DNA of 64,000 bases from contig CAVURN010000003.1 of assembly GCA_963743915.1 (NCBI GenBank), forward strand, positions 323,207-387,206, read 5' to 3'. Source of the DNA: an uncultured Actinomycetota bacterium (lineage in GTDB: Bacteria; Actinomycetota; Actinomycetes; JAHEKZ01). The translations under genes and the position numbers were made by a program. This document shows positions 44,112-53,520 of this stretch, piece after piece; positions within the stretch are counted from its first letter, which is position 1, and each line of letters opens with the position of its first letter. The notes beneath the pieces were generated by a model. The model had not been told where the DNA came from, did no database searches, and was given only the letters and a program-made list of their open reading frames with translations.

Positions 44112-45185
44112 TCAGGCTCGGCCGGCGATGAAGTCCTCGACCGCCTGACGGGCCTCGTCGTCGCGGTACTGCTCGGGCGGCGACTTCATGAAGTAGCTGG
44201 ACGCCGACAGGATCGGGCCACCGACGCCGCGGTCGAGCGCGATCTTGGCGCAGCGGACCGCGTCGATGATGACGCCCGCGGAGTTCGGGGAGTCCCACAC
44301 CTCGAGCTTGTACTCGAGGTTCAGCGGCACGTCGCCGAACGCGCGACCCTCGAGGCGCACGTAGGCCCACTTGCGGTCGTCGAGCCAGGCGACGTAGTCG
44401 GACGGCCCGATGTGCACGTTGTTCTTGCCGAGGTCGTGGTCGAGCTGGGACGTGACGGCCTGCGTCTTGGAGATCTTCTTGGACTCCAGGCGCTCGCGCT
44501 CGAGCATGTTCTTGAAGTCCATGTTGCCGCCGACGTTCAGCTGCATGGTCCGGTCGAGGATGACCCCGCGGTCCTCGAACAGCTTGGCCAGCACGCGGTG
44601 CGTGATGGTGGCGCCCACCTGGGACTTGATGTCGTCGCCGACGATCGGCACACCGGCCGCGGTGAACTTGTCGGCCCACTCCTTGGTGCCGGCGATGAAG
44701 ACCGGGAGCGCGTTGACGAAGCCGACGCCGGCGTCGATCGCGGCCTGCGCGTAGTACTTGGCGGCGTCCTCCGAACCCACGGGCAGGTAGCAGACGAGCA
44801 CGTCGGCCTGAGTGTCACGAAGCACCTGTGCCACGTCGACCGGCTCTTCGTCGGACTCGGTGATGGTCTCCAGGTAGTACTTGCCGAGACCGTCGAGCGT
44901 CGGCCCGCGCTGGACGGTGACTCCGGTGGGCGGCACGTCGGCGATCTTGATCGTGTTGTTCTCGCTCGACACGATCGCGTGGGCGAGATCCTGGCCGACC
45001 TTCTTGGCGTCGACGTCGAATCCGGCGACGAACTGCACGTCCCTGACGTGGTAGTCGCCGATCTGCACGTGCATCAAGCCGGGGACGCGTGCGTCGGGAT
45101 CGGCGTCCTTGTAGTACTCGACGCCTTGCACGAGCGATGCGGCGCAGTTGCCGACGCCCGCGATGGCTACGCGTACCGAACCCAT
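44112..45185 (-). CDS. ino1: Inositol-3-phosphate synthase (myo-inositol-1-phosphate synthase)
   Basis: [28 protein letters not shown]...[28 protein letters not shown]...[14 protein letters not shown] is the typical actinobacterial Ino1 sequence. An AAGGAG RBS lies inside the end of padR. Confidence 0.95.
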   Translation of the reverse strand: MGSVRVAIAGVGNCAASLVQGVEYYKDADPDARVPGLMHVQIGDYHVRDVQFVAGFDVDAKKVGQDLAHAIVSSENNTIKIADVPPTGVTVQRGPTLDGLGKYYLETITESDEEPVDVAQVLRDTQADVLVCYLPVGSEDAAKYYAQAAIDAGVGFVNALPVFIAGTKEWADKFTAAGVPIVGDDIKSQVGATITHRVLAKLFEDRGVILDRTMQLNVGGNMDFKNMLERERLESKKISKTQAVTSQLDHDLGKNNVHIGPSDYVAWLDDRKWAYVRLEGRAFGDVPLNLEYKLEVWDSPNSAGVIIDAVRCAKIALDRGVGGPILSASSYFMKSPPEQYRDDEARQAVEDFIAGRA

Positions 45186-45188
45186 GGG

Positions 45189-45809
45189 TTACTCCTTCGT
45201 CGTGTCCCCGGAGCGGATCGCCCGGGAGTCTTGGGGGGTGGAACGGGAAGAGACGGACGCAGCCGAACCGGTGCGCGCGTTTTCGTCGTCGATCAGCTCG
45301 TTGAGCCAGCGCACCTCACGCTCGACCGACTCGAGGCCGTGCTGGTGGAGCGCGACGGTGTAGTCGTCGAGCCGCTCGCGGGTGCGGGTGACGGAGCCGC
45401 GCAGCGTCTCGAGCCGTTCCTCGAGGCGTCCACGGCGTCCCATGAGGATGCGCATGCGGGTGTCGGCGTCGGTGCGTCCGAAGAACGCGAACCGGACGCC
45501 GAACGTCTCGTCGTCCCAGGCGGCCGGGCCGGCGTCGGCGAGGAGCTCCTGGAAGTGCTCCTTGCCCTCGGCGGTCAGCTGGTAGACGATCTTGGACCGA
45601 CGGGCCCCGCTCGTCGCTGAGTCGGCGGACTCGGCGATCCAGCCCTGGCGCACGAGGTCCTTCAGGCAGGGGTAGAGGGAGCCGTAGGAGAGGGCGCGGA
45701 AGGCGCCGAGCTGGCTGGAGAGCCGCTTGCGCAGCTCGTAGCCGTGCATCGGGGACTCGTGCAGCGAGCCGAGGACGGCCAGCTCGAGCACCCCACTGCG
45801 CTTGGCCAC
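45189..45809 (-). CDS. PadR-family transcriptional regulator (Rv0047c-like, upstream of ino1)
   Basis: wHTH region LAVLGSLHESPMHGYELRKRLSSQLGAFRALSYGSLYPCLKDLVRQGWI. The GTG at 45809 is preceded by AAGGAG. The track ORF start (45914) is an over-extension. Confidence 0.85.
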   Translation of the reverse strand: MAKRSGVLELAVLGSLHESPMHGYELRKRLSSQLGAFRALSYGSLYPCLKDLVRQGWIAESADSATSGARRSKIVYQLTAEGKEHFQELLADAGPAAWDDETFGVRFAFFGRTDADTRMRILMGRRGRLEERLETLRGSVTRTRERLDDYTVALHQHGLESVEREVRWLNELIDDENARTGSAASVSSRSTPQDSRAIRSGDTTKE

Positions 45810-45830
45810 GGCACTCCTTGGACGGCGGGA

Positions 45831-45882
45831 CGATATATCGGATCGATACATCGCAACGATGCGTCGCGACGATACGCGGTGG
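45831..45882. repeat. Four tandem 13-bp units starting with CGAT (candidate PadR operator array)
   Basis: The units are cgatatatcggat, cgatacatcgcaa, cgatgcgtcgcga and cgatacgcggtgg, starting at 45831, 45844, 45857 and 45870. The first 10-mer is a perfect palindrome. This is the most AT-rich patch of the padR/DUF5318 divergent intergenic region. Confidence 0.6.
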
Positions 45883-45987
45883 GCCGGGTCGACGCAAATC
45901 CACCCGCCGTTCACCCCGCCGCCACCCCTCGACGCGTTCCCTCGGGGAGCGGACGCGGGGGAGCGCGCCGGGACGTACCCTCGAGGG

Positions 45988-46413
45988 ATGCCGCGTCCAG
46001 CACGGGTCTGGTCGCAGCGTGCGGTCGTCGACTACGCGCTGCAGCGCAGGGCTGCGCTGGCCGAGCTGCGCCGGGGCCAGGTGTTCGTCACCGACCTGTG
46101 TGACGCCGACCCCTACCTGCTGCGGGCTGCTGAGCACCACGGGGTGCCGGCCGACCGGCCCTGTCCGGTCTGCCGGCGGCCCGAGCTGGTCGAGCTCTCC
46201 TACGTGTACGGGGACGAGCTCGGGCCCTACCAGGGGCGGATCCGAGCCCCCCGTGAGCTCGAGCTCATGGCCCGCGAGCACGGTGAGTTCCGGGTGTACG
46301 TGGTCGAGGTCTGCCGTCGGTGCTCGTGGAACTACCTGACGACCACGTTCCTGATGGGGGACGGGGAGCCGCGTCCCCCGCTCCGGGCCTCGCGCGGCGA
46401 CCCCGTGCTCTGA
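45988..46413 (+). CDS. DUF5318-type conserved actinobacterial protein (Rv0049-like)
   Basis: MPRPARVWSQRAVVDYALQRRAALAELRRGQ...CPVCRRPELVELSYVYGDELGPYQGRI...VYVVEVCRRCSWNYL has a four-Cys motif. It lies between padR-ino1 and the PBP gene, as in mycobacteria. Confidence 0.75.
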   Translation: MPRPARVWSQRAVVDYALQRRAALAELRRGQVFVTDLCDADPYLLRAAEHHGVPADRPCPVCRRPELVELSYVYGDELGPYQGRIRAPRELELMAREHGEFRVYVVEVCRRCSWNYLTTTFLMGDGEPRPPLRASRGDPVL

Positions 46414-46593
46414 CCCGTCCGCCGACTGGGTGCAGTGACGGGGGTCCTGGCACCGGAAAGCGCACCCGAGCCCCGATGCCGCCGCGCCCCAGGGCCCCGA
46501 AAGCGTCGCCAGCGGGTCGGGGAACGCCGAACCGTCCGCGTCCGTCAGACTGGGGGCCGGCCCCGGCCGCACCCTCCCCATCGAAAGGCCGAC

Positions 46594-48660
46594 GTGCGCA
46601 TCGACTACCCCCGCCGTGGGCGAACCGGCGCTCGTCGCTTCGTCCCGTCGTGGCGCCAGGTGCTCGGCCTGCTGACCCTCGGGGTGGCCGCCGGGATCGC
46701 CGCGTTCATCGCCCTCTACCTGATGATCGACGTCCCTCAGCCGAACGAGCTGGCCACGGCTCAGACGAGCGTCGTCTACTACGACGACGGCAAGAGCGTC
46801 ATCGGGCGCTTCGCCGAGGTCAACCGCGAGATCGTCTCGCTCGACGACATCCCGGACGAGGTCGAGCTGGCCGTCCTGGCCGCTGAGGATCGCAGCTTCT
46901 ACGAGAACGAGGGGATCTCCCCGGCGGGAATCGTGCGTGCCCTGTGGAACAACATCCGCGGCGGCGACACGCAGGGAGCCTCGACCATCACCCAGCAGTA
47001 CGCGCGCAACGCCTACCTCACGCAGGAGCAGACGCTGCAGCGCAAGGTGAAGGAGGCGATCCTCGCCATCAAGCTCGCGCGGGACCAGACCAAGGACCAG
47101 GTGCTCGAGGACTACCTCAACACGATCTACTTCGGACGCGGTGCGTACGGCATCCAGGCGGCCAGTCAGGCCTACTTCGGCCGGGACGTCCAGGACCTCA
47201 CCGTCGCGCAAGGCGCAGTGCTGGCGGCGGTGATCCGCGCTCCGAGCTCGTACGACCCGGTGGAGGGACCCGAGGCCAAGGACGCTCTCGAGGCGCGGGT
47301 CCTCGACTACGTGATCCCCGGGATGGTCGAGCAGGGCTGGCTGAGCGAGACGGAAGCCGCCGAGATCACCCGCCTGCCGAAGATCCAGGACCCCAAGGCC
47401 CTCAACGCCTACCGCGGGCAGTCGGGATTCCTGCTCGACGTGGTCCGCGACGAGCTCAGGGACCTCGGCTTCAACAAGGACGAGATCGACGCCGGTGGGC
47501 TGCGCATCACGACGACGTTCGACAAGCAGGCGCAGGACGCGGCACAGACGGCCGCCACCGAAGGCTTCCCACCGCCTCCCAACGAGGGCGTCAAGCTGGG
47601 ACTGGTCTCGGTCGAGCCGGGGACGGGCCGCATCGTGGCGATGTACGGCGGCACGAACTGGGAGCGCAGCCAGTTCAACAACGCGATCGCCCCGGTTCCT
47701 GTCGGCTCCACCATGAAGGCGTTCACCGTCGCCGCCGCCCTGCAGAACGGGTACACGCTGTCGAGCACCTTCGACGGCAACTCGCCCTTCTACATCGAGA
47801 CCGAGACCAAGCCGGTCTACAACCAGGGCGGAGCCAGCTACGGGTCGGCCATCTCGCTGCTGTACGCCACCGAGATGTCGGTGAACACCGCGTTCGTCGA
47901 CCTCACCGAGCAGATGGGTCCGCAGGAGGTCGCTCAGGCAGCCGGTGAGGCCGGGCTCGACGTCGACAACCTGTACGCCGACAGCCCACGCGTGACGCTC
48001 GGGTCGGCGGCCTACTCGCCGCTCACCATGGCTGCGGGGTACGCCACCTTCGCCGCCGAGGGCGTGCACGCCGACCCCTTCGCGGTGCTCAAGGTCGAGG
48101 ACGCCACCGGTCAGGTGCTGTACGAGGCCGAGGAGCAGACGCAACGGGCCTTCCCGGCGACCATCGCCAACGAGGTCACGTACGACCTGGCTCAGGTGGT
48201 TCAGGCCGGCACGGGCGCCTACGCGCAGAACCTCGGACGTCCGGCCGCCGGCAAGACCGGCAACCACGAGGGCGAGACGGCGTGGTTCATCGGCTACACG
48301 CCGCAGCTGGTCACCGCCGTCGCCTTTCACCGAGAGCTCGGCGGTGACCCGCTGGCACCCCTGAACGGAGTGGCGTACCAACCTGTCTTCACCGGAGCCG
48401 GCTACCCCACCCAGATCTGGACGGCTTTCATGAACGCCGCCCTCGAGGGCACCGAGGTGCTCCCACTCCCCGGCCGACCGGTGCCCACCACCAGTCCCTC
48501 CCCGACCCCGTCACCGTCGCCCACGACGTCGTCACCGTCACCGTCGCCGACCACCGCGTCGCCGTCGCCCTCGCCGACGAAGACCAAGCCGTCTCCGTCG
48601 GCGACCTCGGCGGAGCCGAGCCCGTCCGCCGAGCCCGCCGGAGGCGGACAACAGCCGTGA
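46594..48660 (+). CDS. Class A penicillin-binding protein (transglycosylase + transpeptidase, PonA-like) with a Pro/Ser/Thr-rich tail
   Basis: GT51 motifs LAAEDRSFYENEGIS and GASTITQQYARN, and transpeptidase motifs PVGSTMKAF and KTGNHEG. The GTG at 46594 (GAAAGG upstream) precedes the TM helix; the track start at 46435 is also possible. The C-terminal tail is PTTSPSPTPSPSPTTSSPSPSPT... Confidence 0.9.
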   Translation: MRIDYPRRGRTGARRFVPSWRQVLGLLTLGVAAGIAAFIALYLMIDVPQPNELATAQTSVVYYDDGKSVIGRFAEVNREIVSLDDIPDEVELAVLAAEDRSFYENEGISPAGIVRALWNNIRGGDTQGASTITQQYARNAYLTQEQTLQRKVKEAILAIKLARDQTKDQVLEDYLNTIYFGRGAYGIQAASQAYFGRDVQDLTVAQGAVLAAVIRAPSSYDPVEGPEAKDALEARVLDYVIPGMVEQGWLSETEAAEITRLPKIQDPKALNAYRGQSGFLLDVVRDELRDLGFNKDEIDAGGLRITTTFDKQAQDAAQTAATEGFPPPPNEGVKLGLVSVEPGTGRIVAMYGGTNWERSQFNNAIAPVPVGSTMKAFTVAAALQNGYTLSSTFDGNSPFYIETETKPVYNQGGASYGSAISLLYATEMSVNTAFVDLTEQMGPQEVAQAAGEAGLDVDNLYADSPRVTLGSAAYSPLTMAAGYATFAAEGVHADPFAVLKVEDATGQVLYEAEEQTQRAFPATIANEVTYDLAQVVQAGTGAYAQNLGRPAAGKTGNHEGETAWFIGYTPQLVTAVAFHRELGGDPLAPLNGVAYQPVFTGAGYPTQIWTAFMNAALEGTEVLPLPGRPVPTTSPSPTPSPSPTTSSPSPSPTTASPSPSPTKTKPSPSATSAEPSPSAEPAGGGQQP

Positions 48661-48700
48661 CGGGCCGCCTCCGGCGTCAGGTCCGGAGACGGACGGCACA

Positions 48701-50185
48701 ATGACCCGCGTGCCGACCACTGACCCCTTGGTGCTGCCCAGCCAGGACGACCCGGTGGTCGGGGGGGCCAGCGGATTCCTCGGAGGGCCCGTCGGAAGGC
48801 ACGCCGACGTGCGGCGTGCGTGGTGGAACCCGGTCCGCGTCCTGGTGCTGCTGGCAGTGCTGGCCAGCGGCTTGGGGGCCGCGATCGACGCCCCGTGCAT
48901 CACGAAGTCCTGGTCGGACGGGTACGAGCAGTTCTCGCGCGGCTGCTACAGCGACATGGTCCACCTGTATTGGGGACGAGGGATCGCCGAGGGCGTGATC
49001 CCCTACGTCCAGGACCCTGCGACCACCGGCGACGTCGAGGTCGAGTACCCCGTGCTCACCGGTGCGGTCATGTGGGTCGTCGCGCAACCGATCGCGGACA
49101 CCTGGACCGACTCCACCCGCGCCCGCGTCTACTTCTCGCTCAACGCGATCCTCATCGCCCTGCTGCTTGCCCTGACCGTCTGGGCGACCGCACTGACCGT
49201 CCGTCGACGACCCTGGGACGCCGCGATGGTGGCGCTCGCCCCGGGAATGGTGCTGGCGTCCACCATCAACTGGGACCTCTGGGCGGTCGCGGCCACGTCC
49301 TTGGCGCTGCTGGCGTGGGCGCGCAGGTACCCGGTGCTCGCGGGTGTGCTGCTCGGTCTCGGCGCCTCGTTCAAGTTCTACCCCGTGCTGGTCCTGGGAC
49401 CGTTGCTCATCCTCTGCCTGCGGGCGGGACGGATGCGGGCATGGGCGCTGACCTTCGGCGCGGCACTGGTGATGTGGCTGGCAGCCAACGTGCCGATCAT
49501 GCTGGCCAGGTTCGACGGGTGGTCGAGCTTCTACACGTTCTCGTCCGAGCGCGGTGCGGACTTCGGGTCGCCGTGGTTGGTCGTGCAGAACGGGCTCGGC
49601 GTCGACCTGCCGGTCGAGCGGCTCAACCTCTGGGCGGCGGGAATCTTCTTCCTGATGTGCCTGGGGATCGCCGCGCTGATTCTCTTCGCGCCCCGGCGGC
49701 CGCGGCTGCACCAGGTCGTTTTTCTGACCGTCGCGGCGTTCGCCGTGACGAACAAGGTGTACTCGCCTCAGTTCGTCGTCTGGCTGATCCCGCTGGCCGT
49801 CCTGGCAAGGCCCCGCTGGCGCGACTTCCTGTGGTGGCAGGGAGCGCAGGTCGTCTACTTCTTCGCGGTCTGGTGGTACATCATCTGGCAGGCCGATCCG
49901 GCACGAGGTCTGCCGGACAAGTACTACTGGGCGGCGATCCTGCTGCACACCGCAGCCACGCTGGTCTACGCGGGGTTCGTGGTGCGCGACGCGTTGCGGC
50001 CCGAGTGTGATCCCGTTCGGAGCAGCCTCGGCGAGGACGACCCGGGGGGCGGGGTGCTCGACGGCGCACCGGACCACGTCTACCGAGGCCGACCTGTCGG
50101 GCAGCGACGATCGGGACGGCACGGGCGGCACGGGCAGCACGGGCAGCACGCCACCGCCACCGACCCTCGTGTGGGTGCGGTGTGA
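48701..50185 (+). CDS. Polytopic membrane glycosyltransferase, GT87/DUF2029-like (Rv0051-like)
   Basis: 494 aa with more than 10 TM segments and the conserved N-terminal loop CYSDMVHLYWGRGIAEGVIPY...VEYPVLTG. It sits after the PBP gene as in mycobacteria. The C-terminus carries a 9-bp tandem repeat (RHG RHG QHG QHA). Confidence 0.7.
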   Translation: MTRVPTTDPLVLPSQDDPVVGGASGFLGGPVGRHADVRRAWWNPVRVLVLLAVLASGLGAAIDAPCITKSWSDGYEQFSRGCYSDMVHLYWGRGIAEGVIPYVQDPATTGDVEVEYPVLTGAVMWVVAQPIADTWTDSTRARVYFSLNAILIALLLALTVWATALTVRRRPWDAAMVALAPGMVLASTINWDLWAVAATSLALLAWARRYPVLAGVLLGLGASFKFYPVLVLGPLLILCLRAGRMRAWALTFGAALVMWLAANVPIMLARFDGWSSFYTFSSERGADFGSPWLVVQNGLGVDLPVERLNLWAAGIFFLMCLGIAALILFAPRRPRLHQVVFLTVAAFAVTNKVYSPQFVVWLIPLAVLARPRWRDFLWWQGAQVVYFFAVWWYIIWQADPARGLPDKYYWAAILLHTAATLVYAGFVVRDALRPECDPVRSSLGEDDPGGGVLDGAPDHVYRGRPVGQRRSGRHGRHGQHGQHATATDPRVGAV

Positions 50186-50300
50186 CACCCGTCCCGATCA
50201 ACGGGACTAACGCCGCACCCATCCGCCGGAGTTCCGTGGCGACGTGTGGGATGGGTGCGGTGATCCCTGCAATCAACGGAGGCGGTGTCACACCGCACCC
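50173..50300. repeat. Twin 48-nt stem-loop units with alternative pairings, between two convergent stop codons
   Basis: Unit 1 (50173-50220) is GGGTGCGGTG-28 nt-CGCCGCACCC. Unit 2 (50253-50300) is GGGTGCGGTG-28 nt-CACCGCACCC. Alternative stems are 50213-50224/50249-50260 (12 bp) and 50173-50189/50284-50300 (17 bp, perfect). Both loops contain ATCAACGG. Confidence 0.7.
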
Positions 50301-50307
50301 GTCCCGG

Positions 50308-51232
50308 TTAGCGGTCCTTGATCAGGACCAGGTCGTCGTACAGAGGGAACAGCCCGACGTCGGTGAAGAGGGAGTAGTCGTCGTCGTCGAGATCCATCCC
50401 GGTCACGGTGGCCAGCCGCGCCCACGACCAGCCGCGACTGCGGAAGCGGTCGAACGACTCGAGCAGCAGCGCGTGGCCCAGACCTTGGCCGCGTCGCCGC
50501 TCACGGACCCCCAACACACCGATCAGGCCTGTCTGCTCCTTGGTGGTGTCCATGAAGTTCAGCGCGATCGCCAGTGGCCCCTGCTCGTCACGCACCATGA
50601 CGGACAGTCCCGGTAGCGCGGTCGGGTCGTTGGTGGTGTTGTACTCGTAGTCCTCACGCGACAGGTGCCATCCGCCACGCTTGGGCTGCAGCGCCTCCGA
50701 CACGACGGTGAAGCCGTCCTCGAGGTCGCGCGTGATGCTGAACGTGCTCACCTCGACGTCGTCGGGCCAGACCGGCTGCGGGCGCGTCCAGTACCTCGCC
50801 TTCGAGGATCGTCACCTTCTGGGCGACGTCGTACCCCAGCTGCCGCGCGACGTCGACGAGCTCGGTGTCCTCGCGAGGGACGTCCATCTGCAGGTACCCG
50901 TGCGCAGCGGTGTACGAGTTGCTGGCCACGATGCGCTCAGCAGCCTCGAGCAAGGTGCGTGCGTATCGAGCTCGGTCGGGTCCAGGCGGGAGGGCGATGC
51001 GCACGGTGCCCTTGGTGAACGGGGCACCGATGTGCACGTGCACCCCGGCGACGTCCTCCCCGCCCACCTCGAGGTATCGGTCGTTGTCGGCGGGCTCGCC
51101 CGTCGGGCTGATGAGGATGGCAGCGAGCTCGTCCTCCTGCCACTCGTCCTCACCGCGGAGCCAGCGGTAGTGCGCGTTGATCAGCCGGGTGAAGGTGGCC
51201 ACGTCGCGGGACGTCCCTGGTCGCAGCCGCAT
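50308..51232 (-). pseudogene. GNAT-family N-acetyltransferase (two-domain), frame broken by one extra base near 50764-50768
   Basis: The N-terminal ORF (50654-51232) runs to ...KVTILEGEVLDAPAAGLA. The C-terminal ORF (50308-50751) continues as DDVEVSTFSITRDLEDG...GVLGVRERRRGQGLGHALLLESF (acetyl-CoA motif). The break is at the tGGCCCgac run. Confidence 0.75.
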
Positions 51233-51290
51233 CAGCAGCCGCCTGGTGAGGTGAACGTGCCGGTCATAGGTGCGTCAACGTATCGCAGCG

Positions 51291-52325
51291 TCAGTGCAGC
51301 ACGACGCGGTCGAAGGAAGCCGTCGTCATCCGGACGTCCGCCGGCACGTCCGACCCGACCACCGGCGGAGCGATGCCGGAGGGCAGCCACACCATGGACA
51401 CCTGCATGTGCGGTGGCTCCATGAACCAGCGACGCTTCCCGTCGACGTAGAAGGGCGAAAGAGCGCGCCCCACCGCTTGCAGCCCTCCCTCGGCCGCGAG
51501 CTTGGCGCGCGCTGACGCGCCGCGGACGGCGCGAGGAGCGGACATCGCGACACCGTGTGACGTGCCGCCGCCGACGACGAGCAGGTGTCCCTCCCCCGGG
51601 GCGCGCCGTTGCCGGTAGCCGACGCGCTGGCCTCGACGGACGCGGTGGCACGCGAGCACGGTGCCTCTGGCCTGGTACGACTCCCGCTCGCCGAGCCAGA
51701 GCAGCGTGCCGATCCGTGGCCGGAAGGTCGTCTCGGGATGACGCCGGCGGAGGGTGGCCAGCTCTGCTGCGGTCACGTGGCTGACCCACAGGGTGTCCGT
51801 GGGCAGCTGGTGACGTCGCAGGGTGCTCACCCAGCTGCTGATCTCCTCGACGCGTGACAGCTCGCCGTCGTCGATCGGCAGGTGCAGGGCGAAACCGTCG
51901 AGCCGCAGTCGGCGGAGATCCGGCACGGCCCGAGCGAGCGCCTCCTCGTCGAGCCCGAACCGGTGCATCGACGTCAACAGCTCGACCACCACGCGACGCC
52001 GGTGGCCCGCCAGCGCCCGCACCGCTTCCGGCGACGACAGGGTGAGGACGAGCCTGTCGTCCGCCTCCGGCTCCGGATCGATCGCCGGGTGCCACGGCGT
52101 GAGGACGAGCACGTCACCGCCGAACGCGTCGTGCACCATCGGTGCCTCGTCGAGGGTTCCGACCGCCAACGTGTCGCAGCCGAGCCTTGCCGTCTCGGCC
52201 GCGAGCGTCGACAGGCCGAAGCCGTACCCGTTGCCCTTTGCCACCGGCACGATCGTCGGCAGGTCGGCCACCACCCGGTCGGCGTGCACGCGCCACGCGT
52301 CGGTCTCGATGTGCAGCGCGAACAT
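51291..52325 (-). CDS. Alanine racemase-family PLP enzyme (atypical)
   Basis: VPVAKGNGYGFG resembles the Alr PLP-lysine motif (vKAnaYGhG). The length (344 aa) and the beta-strand C-terminal domain fit the family. The ATG at 52325 lies 2 nt after the Fem gene stop. Confidence 0.6.
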   Translation of the reverse strand: MFALHIETDAWRVHADRVVADLPTIVPVAKGNGYGFGLSTLAAETARLGCDTLAVGTLDEAPMVHDAFGGDVLVLTPWHPAIDPEPEADDRLVLTLSSPEAVRALAGHRRRVVVELLTSMHRFGLDEEALARAVPDLRRLRLDGFALHLPIDDGELSRVEEISSWVSTLRRHQLPTDTLWVSHVTAAELATLRRRHPETTFRPRIGTLLWLGERESYQARGTVLACHRVRRGQRVGYRQRRAPGEGHLLVVGGGTSHGVAMSAPRAVRGASARAKLAAEGGLQAVGRALSPFYVDGKRRWFMEPPHMQVSMVWLPSGIAPPVVGSDVPADVRMTTASFDRVVLH

Positions 52326-52327
52326 GG

Positions 52328-53477
52328 CTAGCGGCGTCCCAGGTAGTAGGTGAAGGCCTTGTGCAGCAGCCGGTTGAGCGGATAGTCCCACTCGCCCACG
52401 TACTCGACGACCTCACCACCGGTGCCCAGCTTGAACTGGATCAGGCCGAACAGCGGGTCGTCCTCGTCCAGGGTGTCGGAGATGCCCCGCAGGTCGTAGA
52501 CGGACGCACCCGCTGCGTGCGCGTCCTGGATCATCTGCCACTGGATGGCGTTGCTCGGACGCAGCTCGCGCCCCTCGGTCGTGGACGCGCCGTACGAGTA
52601 CCAGACGTGCCGGCCGACCCGGACCCACGTGGTCGCGGCGAGCAGACGTCCCTCGTGCCGGGCAAGGTAGAGGCGGATGCGGTCAGGATCCTCGGCCCGC
52701 ATCACGCTGCCACATGTTCTCGAAGTAGCCGAGGGGCCGTGGCCGGAAGCCGTCACGCGCGGCGGTCTCGACGTAGATCTCGTGGAAGGCGGCGAGGTCC
52801 GCGGCGCTCCCCTGCGACACCTCGACCCCCGCCTTCTCCGCCTTGCGCACGTTGCGCCGCCACAGCTGGTTGAAGCCGGCGAACACCTCGTCGGTCGTGC
52901 GACCTTCCAGAGGGACGCAGAAGACGTACCGGGGCTGGAAGTCACCGAAGCCGGCGCTCGACGCCTGCTGACGCCAACCGGTGGTGCGCAGGCGGTTGGT
53001 GAGATCGGTGGCAGCGCTCGACTCGTCGTCCGCGGGCACCTCACTGAGGCGTTGCACGTCTGCGGTGGCGATGGCGTCCTTGACGGTGCGCGCCTGCCAG
53101 CGTCGCGCCACCACGGGGGGCCCCATCTTGACGGTGAAGCAGCGCTGTCGACGCAGGTGCGCGAGCAGCGGTGCCGTGACCGCGTCGGCGCCATAGCGCT
53201 CCCAGTCGAGCACCGGCCCCTCCGGCAGGTACGCGAGTGAACGCCCCAGGCGCGGGATCGCTCGGTAGAGCACCAGCCCGGCGCCCACCAGGCTGTCCCC
53301 GTCGAACCACCCCAGGCTCTCGCTGTGCCAGTCGCTCTTCACCGCGCCCCAGGCGGGCGTCTGGAGAAAGGACCCGCTGGCGTCGGTGACGACGTCGAGG
53401 TGCTCGGCCGCTGAGATCGGCCGCACTGCCAGGGGTGCGCTCACGGCGGTCAGCCTACGGAAGGTCGCCGGCATCAC
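52328..53477 (-). pseudogene. FemAB-family peptidoglycan cross-bridge peptidyltransferase (FemX-like), frame broken near 52700-52715
   Basis: The N-terminal ORF (52683-53477) reads ...FLQTPAWGAVKSDW...NQLWRRNVRKAEKAGVEV...YVETAARDGFRPRPLGYFENMW. The C-terminal ORF (52328-...) continues as MRAEDPDRIRLYLARHEGRLLAATTWVRVGRHVWYSYGAST...RPSNAIQWQMIQDA...YDLRGI. Confidence 0.75.
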
Positions 53478-53520
53478 TCGCGCCGCCGCTCGCGGCCGCC
53501 GTTCGTCCTAGGCTGCCGCC

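Noticed and set aside
45316-48381. A 1021-aa minus-strand ORF, the longest in the track, opposite the PBP gene.
   Set aside because: It is an Arg/Gly/Pro/Asp-rich low-complexity translation with no recognisable motif, exactly antisense to a well-supported class A PBP and the DUF5318 gene. It is typical stop-poor shadow ORF of very GC-rich DNA.
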